NCBI GenBank assembly: GCA_031366605.1
Contig: JANLOO010000034.1
Span: 34,372 to 98,371, forward strand
Direction of reading: 5' to 3'
Length of the DNA: 64,000 nt
DNA from: Actinomycetota bacterium
Lineage (GTDB): Bacteria; Actinomycetota; Thermoleophilia; Miltoncostaeales; Miltoncostaeaceae
Below, piece after piece: positions 47,717-56,618 of the stretch. Numbering within the stretch: the first letter of the stretch is position 1; every line of letters begins with the position of its first letter. A program made the translations under genes and the position numbers. The notes below the pieces were generated by a model. That model was not told where the DNA came from and did no database searches. It saw only the letters and a list, made by a program, of their open reading frames with translations.

Positions 47717-49584
47717 AGCGTCCGCCCCACTTTGGTCACGGGGATCGCGGTGTCCCGCTGCCCCTTCTTGACCTTGACCTTGCCCGGCCGCACCATGAAC
47801 GCCTTGATGTCACGAATCGTCGCGACGGTCAGCGACTCGTCCAACGCGTTGGAGACCCAATACGTCATCGCCCCACGCTGCCACAGCAGCCGCTGCATGT
47901 TCTTGCCGTCATAGAACGTGGTGTTGCCCTTCTTGTCGCGCCCGGTGCCGGTGTCGACGATCGGGGGCTTCACCATGTTGGTCTGCGTGATCGTCATGTA
48001 CCGGTAGCCACCCAACAACGAGTTGCCAGACAACTGCACCACGAACGTGAGGGCGTTCGGCTTACCTCGATCGCCGCGGTCCACGTTGTACAGCCGTATG
48101 TACTTGACCGCCGAACCCGGTGGAAGATGCGTCGGCACCAGCAGGTCCATGCCCGTGAACGCCCGCGCGTTTTGCACGGTCCGGCGCAGGCTCGTCGTCA
48201 GGATGGTGGCGGGCTTTTGCTTGACGGGGGCGGGCGGCGGCTTGGGGTCGGCGAGCCCGTTGAAGTCTCCGCCGACCACCACCAACACATCCGCGTCCGT
48301 CGGCTGCCCGGCCCGACGCTGTCCGATACTGCCGCTCTGGCCGAAGAGCCTCTGGATCGCCTTGGCTTCGTTGCGCTTGTTCTCGGCGTAGAAGACCGAT
48401 GTGGTCGAGTAGAACCCGTCCGGCGCGTCCCCCGCGAAGTAGACCTTGTAGCCGCGTCCCTCGAGTGCCTTGGCCGCCCTGGTCCCGACCAGCAGTTTCT
48501 TGCTGCCGTTGTAGACCCAGACGACGACCTTGGACGGGTCCGTCGCCTTGACCTCCGAATCGCTCGTGAAAAACGGGTTCTTCCAGCGATCGACCGCCTC
48601 GCTGATCAACGTCGGGGTAGTGTCGACGACGGACCCGCAGCAGCTCTCGCTGTGCCCGCCGCTGGTCCCGATGGTCGTCCGCGCGATGTGATCCTTCTCG
48701 GTCCGCAAGCCGAACAGCAGGAAGTCCTTGAGTCGCGACGTCGATCGCAGGCTTGTCGTGACCTCGTCGTGGACGGCGTCGATGATGTTGTCCAGGCCAC
48801 GCGCACCCCGGCTTTCGCGCTTGAGTTCCGCCAAGAACGCCTGTTGGCGGGCGATGCGACCAAAATCGTTGTCGCCGTGGCGATAGCGCACGTAGTCCAG
48901 GGCATCGAAGCCGTTGAGCTTCTGGTACCCGGGCTTGATGTCCAGTTGCTCGAACGACGAGGTCGAGCCCAGACCGGAGTTGTTGTTGTAGTACCAGCGG
49001 TCGACGTCGAGGTAGACCCCCTTGGCGTCGTTGACCAGGCGCCGGAACGCCTCGAAGTCGACGTTGAAGAAGTGGTCGATCTTCTCGCCGGTCAGTTGAC
49101 TGATGGTCTCGATGGCGAGCTTGTTGCTGCCAAACGCATACGCCGCGTTGATCTTGTTCCGGCCGTAGCCCGGGACGTTGACGAACAGGTCGCGCGGAAA
49201 CGAGAGCATCGAAACGAAGTTGCGCTTGATGTCGAGTCGCACGAGGATCAGCGTGTCACCGCGTCCGCCGTCGCCGCGGCCGCTCTTACTCGCACGTTTG
49301 TCGGACCCGATCAGCAGGATGTTCCACGGGCGATCCCCGAGGTTCTTGGGTTCCTGCGTCAACACCTTCGTGGCCTCGATGACCTCCGGAGCGTTGTTTT
49401 GGTCATTCGACAGGGCGCGGTCAGCGTATTTCTGCGCAAAGATCAGCGCGGACCCCCCGAGTGCGAGGAGCGCGGCGATCGACCACGCGAACGCCCCGAG
49501 CACGGGTCGACGGCGACGCGGCTTCTGGTAGTAGGTCGCATCGCGGTGATCGAGCGGGCCGCGGGACGGGTCGACCGTGCTCAC
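47713..49584 (-). CDS. LytR-CpsA-Psr (LCP) family protein with a long C-terminal extension
   Basis: There is a TM anchor (..LGAFAWSIAALLALGGSALIF..). The LCP core is ..NILLIGSDKR..DTLILVRLD..SFPRDL..NKINAAYAFG... GTG 49584 overlaps the upstream TGA. The tracked start is 49674. Confidence 0.85.
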   Translation of the reverse strand: MSTVDPSRGPLDHRDATYYQKPRRRRPVLGAFAWSIAALLALGGSALIFAQKYADRALSNDQNNAPEVIEATKVLTQEPKNLGDRPWNILLIGSDKRASKSGRGDGGRGDTLILVRLDIKRNFVSMLSFPRDLFVNVPGYGRNKINAAYAFGSNKLAIETISQLTGEKIDHFFNVDFEAFRRLVNDAKGVYLDVDRWYYNNNSGLGSTSSFEQLDIKPGYQKLNGFDALDYVRYRHGDNDFGRIARQQAFLAELKRESRGARGLDNIIDAVHDEVTTSLRSTSRLKDFLLFGLRTEKDHIARTTIGTSGGHSESCCGSVVDTTPTLISEAVDRWKNPFFTSDSEVKATDPSKVVVWVYNGSKKLLVGTRAAKALEGRGYKVYFAGDAPDGFYSTTSVFYAENKRNEAKAIQRLFGQSGSIGQRRAGQPTDADVLVVVGGDFNGLADPKPPPAPVKQKPATILTTSLRRTVQNARAFTGMDLLVPTHLPPGSAVKYIRLYNVDRGDRGKPNALTFVVQLSGNSLLGGYRYMTITQTNMVKPPIVDTGTGRDKKGNTTFYDGKNMQRLLWQRGAMTYWVSNALDESLTVATIRDIKAFMVRPGKVKVKKGQRDTAIPVTKVGRTL

Positions 49585-50684
49585 GCGGCTGAGACCTCCG
49601 CGGAGTGGTCGACGATCCGATCGGCGACGAGGCCGGCGAAGTCGACGAGCGCGCGGCGGTACGAGGCCAGACATACAGCCTCGACGTACTCGGAGGGGCC
49701 GTGGTGGCCGGCGCCACGGGGACCGAACTCAACGGCGGGGACGCCCGCGGCCAAGAACCCGACCGCGTCCGATGCCCCGTCGCGGCCGACGGAGGCAGCC
49801 GTCGGTTCGTACGCGCCGACGGCTTGGAGCAGCAGCTGGACGAACGGGTCGGTCGGGTCGACGTACGCTGGGGGCCGTTCGACCAACACTTCGACCGTCC
49901 AGTCACCCAGGCCACGGATCTGTGCCAGGACCTCGTCCGGGTCCTGCCCGGGCAGGTAGCGCACATCAATGTCCAGGCGACAGTGGTCGGGCACCTTGTT
50001 GATCGCATCCCCGCCGTGAATGCGACCCAGGTTGATGGAGGGGCGGGCGAACATCTCGGTGGACGCCGACGCAAACGGCAGGGCCTCGATCAGCCGATAG
50101 CGATCCACACCGGCCAGGATCGCCGACTGCCCGAGCCACGGGGTCGACCCGTGCGCCGCGACCCCCTCGATCTCGGCGCGCAGCATCATGACACCCTTGG
50201 CCTGCACGCCCACCTGCATGTCGGTCGGCTCGCCGCAGATCACAAAATCCGCACGCAGGCCATCGGCGACGAGCATCTCGGTGCAGTTTGGTCCCGGCTC
50301 CGAGCGCTCTTCGTCCGGAACGACGACAAACTCGACGACCACGCCGTCGAGCCCCTTGGCCAGGTCGGACGTCGCCAACATCATGGCGGCCAAAGCGCCC
50401 TTCATGTCGTAGGCGCCGCGTCCGTAGACACGGCCGTCCTCGTGTCGCGCGCGGTACTGGTCTGACCGCCCCGGCACCACGTCCAGATGCCCGTGAAAGA
50501 TCAGGCGCTGCGAACCCGACCCGACGCGGGCCACGATGCAGTCGCGGTCGCCAAACGTCCGTCGCTCCACGCGTGCGCCACAGCCCTCGAGCCATCCCTC
50601 GACGAAATCGAGTGCGGGGCCCAGGCCTGCGGGGGTCGCGGTGTCGAACGCGATCAGGCGCTCCGTGAGCTGAACTTCATCCAA
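49581..50684 (-). CDS. M20-family metallopeptidase (ArgE/DapE-like)
   Basis: ..LIFHGHLDVVPG..GRGAYDMKGALAAMM..VVPDEE... The start is probably TTG 50684. Confidence 0.8.
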   Translation of the reverse strand: MDEVQLTERLIAFDTATPAGLGPALDFVEGWLEGCGARVERRTFGDRDCIVARVGSGSQRLIFHGHLDVVPGRSDQYRARHEDGRVYGRGAYDMKGALAAMMLATSDLAKGLDGVVVEFVVVPDEERSEPGPNCTEMLVADGLRADFVICGEPTDMQVGVQAKGVMMLRAEIEGVAAHGSTPWLGQSAILAGVDRYRLIEALPFASASTEMFARPSINLGRIHGGDAINKVPDHCRLDIDVRYLPGQDPDEVLAQIRGLGDWTVEVLVERPPAYVDPTDPFVQLLLQAVGAYEPTAASVGRDGASDAVGFLAAGVPAVEFGPRGAGHHGPSEYVEAVCLASYRRALVDFAGLVADRIVDHSAEVSAA

Positions 50685-50709
50685 CGCGGGCGATCTTAGC
50701 TGAGCCGTC

Positions 50710-51990
50710 CTACGGACCGGCCGAAGTCCGGGTCTCGGCCGCAGCGCGATCTCGCCGCGCGAGGAAACCCTCGCGAATCCCACCGCCAGGCAGGTGGGTG
50801 AGTCCGTCGATGGCCGGGACCCTGTGCGTCAGACTCCAGAACCCCCAGGCACCGAGCAGCGCCGCGCACGTGCCGAGGCTCCAGCGGATGCCGACGGCTT
50901 CAGCCAACAGGCCTGCTCCCTGGGCCCCGACGGCGATGGGCGCGAGCACGGCCAGCTGGTAGAGCCCCAACATCCGCCCGAGCAGTTGCGGGGGTGAGCC
51001 CAGCTGAATCGCCGCGTTCGTCGCGATGAACATCCAGATCCAGAAGACGCCGCCCACGACCATCGCGACCAGGGCGAGCCCGAACCAACGGGTCGTCGCG
51101 AGCACCGTCATCGCCACGGCAAACGCGACGGTGGCCGTCGGCAACGCATGGTGTCGCGGATAGCCCGCGCGGCCGAAGCGCGCCAAGAGCCACGCCCCGA
51201 TCAGGGCACCCCCGCCCATGCTGCCCAGCAACAGACCGAGCCCCACCTCGCGAACGCCCAAGTGCGCAGCGACGACCGGCGCGAGTTCCTGAGCCGGTGC
51301 GGCCAGCGCGGCAAAAATCGCCATGCCGACCAACAGTCGGCGCGATGCCGGGTCACCAATCGCGTAGCGCAACGCTTCGGACATAGGCGCACGCGAGCCA
51401 GGCGACGCAGGCGGGAACGGCTCCATGCGCAGCAACACCAGGATCAACACGCCGAATGACGCCGTGTTGGCGGCAAAACAGGCCGCCGGCCCCCCGAGGA
51501 CCAACATCAGACCACCAAGTGTGGGCCCGGCGAGCCGCGCAACGTTGATGCCGGCAGCATTGAGCGCGATCGCCTCGGGCAAATTGTCACGCCCGGCGAG
51601 GGCCCCCACCAGGGCCAGCATGGCGGGCAACCCAGCCGCAAACCCGACACCCACCGCGAACGTCGCGATGTAGATGACCGCTGGGGTGGCCATGTCCAGC
51701 GCCGCGAGCACGGCCAGCCCACCGGCCCCCACCGCCTGCAGCGCAAACGTGACGATCCCCACCACCCGCCGGTCGACGCGATCGGCCAACTGCCCGGCAT
51801 ACCCCGACAGCAAGAACGCGGGTCCACGCGCGACCATGGTGAGCGCCCCAACAGCCGCCGGGCTGTGCGTCAGGTCATAGATGAGCCAACCGGCGCCGAC
51901 GACCTGCAGCCACGACCCGGCGTTTGACGCCAGGCTCGCCAACCAGAACCTCCGAAACGCCGTGACCTTCAGTACCGCGGGAACCGCCAT
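50710..51990 (-). CDS. MFS transporter (EntS/MFS_3-like)
   Basis: The ORF is 426 aa with about 12 TM helices. It contains ..FRRFWLASLASNAGSWLQVVGAGWLIYDLT..GQLADRVDRR... Confidence 0.85.
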   Translation of the reverse strand: MAVPAVLKVTAFRRFWLASLASNAGSWLQVVGAGWLIYDLTHSPAAVGALTMVARGPAFLLSGYAGQLADRVDRRVVGIVTFALQAVGAGGLAVLAALDMATPAVIYIATFAVGVGFAAGLPAMLALVGALAGRDNLPEAIALNAAGINVARLAGPTLGGLMLVLGGPAACFAANTASFGVLILVLLRMEPFPPASPGSRAPMSEALRYAIGDPASRRLLVGMAIFAALAAPAQELAPVVAAHLGVREVGLGLLLGSMGGGALIGAWLLARFGRAGYPRHHALPTATVAFAVAMTVLATTRWFGLALVAMVVGGVFWIWMFIATNAAIQLGSPPQLLGRMLGLYQLAVLAPIAVGAQGAGLLAEAVGIRWSLGTCAALLGAWGFWSLTHRVPAIDGLTHLPGGGIREGFLARRDRAAAETRTSAGP

Positions 51991-52083
51991 GAACGGACAG
52001 TAACGCGCAGCGGCCTGCGCATTGGGCTTCCGACCCCGTGGCTAGGCTTTTTCAAGCTTCGAATCCACTCATCTGGAGGCCTG

Positions 52084-53745
52084 ATGCAACGTCGGACCCG
52101 AACGCGATTGTCGTTGTCGTTTGTGACCGTGGTCGCGGGACTCGCTGCGATGTCGGGCGCTGCGCTCGGCGCTGTCGGTCTGGGTCCGCTCCGCTTCTTC
52201 CCGTCGGGAAGCCCGTTCGCGGGGAGTGCACCGACGACGCAGTCCGTTGCCCTCAATGTCCATGGCGACGCGGTCGTCGGCGAGGAGGTCCGGTCGCAGA
52301 ACGGCACGCTTGCCACACCGACGGTCCGGACCAGGAGTGGCGCACGCGGGGCATGGAGCCCGACCGCCGCATTGGCCAAACCCAGCAACGACACATCCGA
52401 ACCGCAGGTCGCGATCAACGCCGCCGGCAACCGCATTGCGGTGTTCCGACGGCTGGGCCGCTACGTCGCCTCGCGTCAGCGCGCCACCGGTTGGACGCTC
52501 TCCAACATCGATGCACCGGCTCCGACGACCGACGATGTCAACGCGATCACCATCACGCCCAGTGGACGAGCGCGCTTTGTCCACGCACTTCCGGACGCCG
52601 GGTGCGACCCCATCCCGGCGACGTGCCCATGGACAGTCTGGGTCTACGACCAGGCGGGCGCCGGGGCGTTCTGGACGCGTGGCGATGACTCGCTCCGCAT
52701 TCCGCCCACGCAGCGCCCCGTCATCGCGGTCAACGGACGGGGTGACGTGCTGGTGGCGTGGGCGACTCCCGGTGCATCAGGGCGCGTCAACGCCTCGCGC
52801 AGACTGGTCGGCGAGACCGTGTTCGAGTCGCCGCTGTCCGTATCGGACCCGGGCGTCCGGGGCGACGTTGACGCCGCCATCGGCGATGGCGGCGACGCGG
52901 CCATCGGGTGGGTCCATCCGGACGCTCCGGGAACGGGCAGCGGGTTCACCGGCCGTATCGATGTGTCGATCCGCCGCGACAACCTTCCGCTCTGGGCGAG
53001 CCCCGAAACGGTCGTGCCGGCCGGCGCGGCCAACCCCGACTTCGACCTGGCCGTGGACTCGGCCGCGAACGTCGTGTTGGCGTGGACGACGTTCCCGGCA
53101 TCCGCGGGGGCGCCGTTCACAGTCGACGCAGCGATTCGGTCATCTGCCACGTCCGTGTGGGTCCCGTCTCCGCGACTCGATTCAGCCGCGACCGGAGATG
53201 GCGAGTCGCTGACGCTCCTGAGCGTCTTGGCCGCAGGTGGACGCGCGTTCGTCACGTACGAAAAGCACCTGGGCCCCGACGCGAACCTGGAGCGCCTCGC
53301 GGTCGGCGGTCCCACCGGCTGGAACGTGCGGACGCTCGCAGGCAACGCCGACCCAACCGCCGCCAGCGGTGACGCGGCGCGCGCCCTGGGCGCCGTGGCG
53401 CAAAACGGTTCGTTGATCCTGGTTTCGAGTGGACTGCAGGTGCGTAATGACGATGCTGCGACCACGCTGGCGGCGGCGCGGGCCGGCGGCCTGGCGGTCA
53501 AGGTGACCGGCCGGTCGGCCGAGCTGCGGTTTCGCCTCAACACCCAGTCCCGCGTGTTCGTCCAGCGTCGCAGCGGGGCCAACTTCACGAGGACCGGCGA
53601 GTACGCACCCAAGATCTTCCCCGCCGGCGCCAACCGCATGAACCTGGGACGCCTGCCCATCGGGCGCTACCTCGTCGGCATCGGCGCCTGCAGCCGCAGC
53701 CGCGGCTGCACCGCGACCCGCCTGGTGGCGTTCCGCATCCGGTGA
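52084..53745 (+). CDS. Secreted hypothetical protein with repetitive beta-rich architecture
   Basis: A signal peptide is present (MQRRTRTRLSLSFVTVVAGLAAMSGAALGA). Motifs of the type 'V.VN..G..LVAW' recur. 553 aa. Confidence 0.7.
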   Translation: MQRRTRTRLSLSFVTVVAGLAAMSGAALGAVGLGPLRFFPSGSPFAGSAPTTQSVALNVHGDAVVGEEVRSQNGTLATPTVRTRSGARGAWSPTAALAKPSNDTSEPQVAINAAGNRIAVFRRLGRYVASRQRATGWTLSNIDAPAPTTDDVNAITITPSGRARFVHALPDAGCDPIPATCPWTVWVYDQAGAGAFWTRGDDSLRIPPTQRPVIAVNGRGDVLVAWATPGASGRVNASRRLVGETVFESPLSVSDPGVRGDVDAAIGDGGDAAIGWVHPDAPGTGSGFTGRIDVSIRRDNLPLWASPETVVPAGAANPDFDLAVDSAANVVLAWTTFPASAGAPFTVDAAIRSSATSVWVPSPRLDSAATGDGESLTLLSVLAAGGRAFVTYEKHLGPDANLERLAVGGPTGWNVRTLAGNADPTAASGDAARALGAVAQNGSLILVSSGLQVRNDDAATTLAAARAGGLAVKVTGRSAELRFRLNTQSRVFVQRRSGANFTRTGEYAPKIFPAGANRMNLGRLPIGRYLVGIGACSRSRGCTATRLVAFRIR

Positions 53746-53842
53746 GCCGAATCTCGCCGCGCGTTCTGCCGGGCTCGGGAACGCGATCGGGGTGTCGGAC
53801 GTAGAGGGGGTACCACCGCGTCACCTACTCCTGGAGTTCCCC

Positions 53843-54628
53843 ATGGCTCGCAAGCTGATTTGGTCAACCGCGCTCGTCGCGTTGGCGCTCGCCGGATGCG
53901 GCGGAGCCCAGTCGTCGTCAGACATCGGAGATTCCCCGACACCTGAGCCCCGCGGGATGAGTCTCACCGCCCGCGATGACGGGAGCACCCTGCTAAGCAC
54001 CGGTCAGCGCTCTCAGGTCCTCCCCGGCCGTTTCGAACACGCGCGCGTTGGACCGGGATTCCCTGAGGATGGACGGTCGATCACCGGCTCGCGGGTCGTC
54101 CTGCAGGACATGGCGAACCGCACGGCCGATCGCGTGACCCGATTCGCCGTCATCGACACGTCATTGGCGGCACCGGCGCAGCTGGTTGAGCTGCCTGGGG
54201 ACTTTGACTACGACGCGGTCTCCCCGACGCTCGACACGCTCTACGTGGTGAGCCACTTCAGCGTCGAGCGGCCCGACCAGTACGCGGTGCGCTCGTACAA
54301 CGTCGCCACGGGCAAACTCGACGAGGGTGTGATCGCCGACAAGACCGCGATCGCCGAAGGACCGATGGCCGGCCGGCCCGTTTCCCGTGCCAGCACATCG
54401 AGCGGCGAGTGGGTGTACACCGCCTACCGTGGCGAGCATCCATTCGTCCACGCCCTCAACACCGTCAACAAGTTCGCCGTCTGCATCGACCTGCCGGAGC
54501 AGGCCGCAAAGGTCACTGATTGGAAACTCGGTTTGGACGAGGCCGCTCGGACCTTGGACGCGACGAGCCCGTCAACCGGGTTGAGCGTCAAGGTCGACAC
54601 CGAACATTTTTCAGCGCAGCTCGTCTGA
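53843..54628 (+). CDS. Putative lipoprotein
   Basis: ATG 53843 follows a GGAG. The N-terminus MARKLIWSTALVALALAGCGG contains the lipobox LAGC. Confidence 0.7.
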   Translation: MARKLIWSTALVALALAGCGGAQSSSDIGDSPTPEPRGMSLTARDDGSTLLSTGQRSQVLPGRFEHARVGPGFPEDGRSITGSRVVLQDMANRTADRVTRFAVIDTSLAAPAQLVELPGDFDYDAVSPTLDTLYVVSHFSVERPDQYAVRSYNVATGKLDEGVIADKTAIAEGPMAGRPVSRASTSSGEWVYTAYRGEHPFVHALNTVNKFAVCIDLPEQAAKVTDWKLGLDEAARTLDATSPSTGLSVKVDTEHFSAQLV

Positions 54629-54708
54629 GCTTCCGACCAGGGCGACGTTCACGTCCCTCATCGTCGGCACGCTGACGAACGAAGCCCTGTCTCCGTTCCC
54701 GGCGCTAC

Positions 54709-54869
54709 GGGTCCGTCAAGGAATGACTCCTGTGACGGAGGACGAGCGAAAACCGAGGCAGACGGTGTCGGCGAGCCTCGTTGCGACTGGTGGTCACAGC
54801 GATCTCGCCGACGGCGTATGGCGACGGTTTGCAGCCCGTCAAACGTTGCAGGAGTTCCTTGACGGACCC
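54709..54869. repeat. About 160-nt nested palindromic element between convergent genes
   Basis: GGGTCCGTCAAGGAA (54709-54723) pairs perfectly with TTCCTTGACGGACCC (54855-54869). The helix extends with ACTCCTG/CAGGAGT, TGACGG/CCGTCA and GTCGGCGAG/CTCGCCGAC. Confidence 0.6.
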
Positions 54870-55258
54870 TAAAGGGCGATGCGATGCATCAGGATCGTCG
54901 CGTGGCTGACCTCGCCTTGGTCGGTCGCAGCCGACACGATGAGCACCGCGGCCCGGGTGGAGCGCTTGTGAACGGTGCACTCCAAGGTGACCTCGACGTC
55001 CCAGTCGACACGATCGACATCGGCGTCGTCGACACCGGTGAGCACCCAGTACGTGCCTGGCGAATCATGCGTCCGTTGCAGGAACAGGCCTGCGCACTGG
55101 GTCATCGCCTCGAGCACGAGGGTGCTCGGAACCTCCGACGGTCGCGGAGCCCCGCCCAGGGCTCCGAGCTCGTTTCCGCTCGGACACCAGGCTGCCTCGG
55201 CACTGTCTTCGTCATGTCCGATCAGCTCGGTGACAAAGCGAAACCGGCCGACCATCAA
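54869..55258 (-). CDS. Hotdog-fold protein (FabZ/ApeI-like dehydratase or thioesterase)
   Basis: ..VPSTLVLEAMTQCAGLFL.. resembles the FabA/FabZ central-helix region. 129 aa. There is an ATGA overlap with the upstream gene. Confidence 0.6.
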   Translation of the reverse strand: MMVGRFRFVTELIGHDEDSAEAAWCPSGNELGALGGAPRPSEVPSTLVLEAMTQCAGLFLQRTHDSPGTYWVLTGVDDADVDRVDWDVEVTLECTVHKRSTRAAVLIVSAATDQGEVSHATILMHRIAL

Positions 55259-55935
55259 TCGGCCTCAGGGGAGCCGCGCGGCGCCGGCGCCGGATCGACG
55301 ATGCCTCGGGCCTCGAGCGCCTCGCCGACACCGTGCGCAAAACGGGCGGCCGCGACGACGGTCGGCACGGCGAACGCTCGCAGGTTGCGACCGAGCCCAC
55401 GCGCCCGCCGGGCATCCAGGACACGTCGGGAGACGACGCCCAAGTGGTCCAGGCTCCGCAACGCAAGCCCCACTGTCAGCCCGATCCGAAACACCCGCAC
55501 CGGGCGGACATGTAGCCGTCGCAACGTGCGCTCGAGCCAGTCCACCATCGCCGTGGGGCGCGTGGTCAACGTCACCGCCAGTGCCAGGGCCGCGACGGCC
55601 AGCAGGCGTGTGGACGCGACGAGCCCCTCCTCCGGGCGGCCAATCAGGGCCTGAAACCCAGTCAGGACGGCGATGACGATGACCAGCGGTTTGGCTTGCC
55701 GAACAAGCACCCGCGGCGGCACGCCGGCGCCGAGGACCGCGACGACGACCGCCACCAACAGCGCACCCGACACCGCCGGACGGTTGACCGCGACAACCGC
55801 GGCCGCTCCCATGAGCAACGCCAGCAACTTGGCCCCCGCAGGAGCACGATGTAGCCACGAGCCGCCCGGCCAGTAGAGCGTCAGGCTCGGGGCGCCAACC
55901 GTCGGCGTCGTGGTTGGCCGCCGGCGAACGTGCAT
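55255..55935 (-). CDS. ECF transporter T component (BioN-like)
   Basis: ATG 55935 gives MHVRRRP...WLHRAPAGAKLLALL... and ..ARRARG... There are about 5 TM helices. The tracked ORF start 56187 lies inside the ATPase gene. Confidence 0.75.
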   Translation of the reverse strand: MHVRRRPTTTPTVGAPSLTLYWPGGSWLHRAPAGAKLLALLMGAAAVVAVNRPAVSGALLVAVVVAVLGAGVPPRVLVRQAKPLVIVIAVLTGFQALIGRPEEGLVASTRLLAVAALALAVTLTTRPTAMVDWLERTLRRLHVRPVRVFRIGLTVGLALRSLDHLGVVSRRVLDARRARGLGRNLRAFAVPTVVAAARFAHGVGEALEARGIVDPAPAPRGSPEAD

Positions 55936-56618
55936 CAGGCCACCCCGATCAGCTCGGTGTAGGCCCCGATCGCCAGGTCCGCTGGGCCGTCCGCGACAAC
56001 CATCCCCTGGTCGAGCAGCAACACGCGGTCCAGCTGCCGCACCAGGTCCAGGTCGTGCGAGACGATGACGAGGTGCTGCGGCAGACAGAGCAACACGTCG
56101 ATGACGCGGCGGCGGTTGACCAAATCGAGCGTCGTCGTGGGCTCGTCGAGCACGATCCACGTCGGCTCGAGCGCCAGTACGCCGCACAGCGCGACAAGGT
56201 GCTTCTCGCCGCCGCTCAGCGTGTGGATCGCCTGATCCGCCTTGTGCTCCAACGACACCCGCCGCAGGGTGGCCATCGCAGACTCGTGCGCCGCGCGCTT
56301 GCCGAGCCCGTGCGCGCGGAGACCCAGGGCGATGTCCTCGACAGGGGTCGGGTAGACGAGCTGGTGGTCGGCGTCCTGAAAGACGAAGCCGACCCGCCGT
56401 TGGACGGCGCGCGTGTCCTGAGCGGTGTCCATGTCATCCACGGTGACGGTGCCGCGGGTCGGCAACGTCAGCCCGTTCATCAGTCGGGCCAGGGTGGTCT
56501 TGCCCGAGCCGTTCGCGCCGATGACCGCCACCCGCCGATCGCTCAGCGACACCGAGACGTCCTGCAGCAACACCGGGCCGTCGGTCGCCACGACATCGAC
56601 ATCGGTCAACGTGATCAC
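55935..56618 (-). CDS. ECF transporter ATPase (BioM-like, single A component)
   Basis: GTG 56618 gives VITLTDVDVV..VAVIGANGSGKTTLARL..LSGGEKHLVALCGVLALEPTWIVLDEPTTTLD... There is a GTGA overlap with the thiolase-like gene. Confidence 0.85.
   Translation of the reverse strand: MITLTDVDVVATDGPVLLQDVSVSLSDRRVAVIGANGSGKTTLARLMNGLTLPTRGTVTVDDMDTAQDTRAVQRRVGFVFQDADHQLVYPTPVEDIALGLRAHGLGKRAAHESAMATLRRVSLEHKADQAIHTLSGGEKHLVALCGVLALEPTWIVLDEPTTTLDLVNRRRVIDVLLCLPQHLVIVSHDLDLVRQLDRVLLLDQGMVVADGPADLAIGAYTELIGVA

Noticed and set aside
48127-49959. 610-aa plus-strand ORF
   Set aside because: It lies antisense to the LCP and M20 genes and is a mirror-frame artefact.
54723-54872. 49-aa plus-strand ORF (MTPVTEDERKPRQTVSASLVATGGHSDLADGVWRRFAARQTLQEFLDGP)
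   Set aside because: Its third-position G+C is well below that of neighbouring genes. The AAGGA abuts the ATG with no spacing. The ORF is essentially the palindromic element read as protein.
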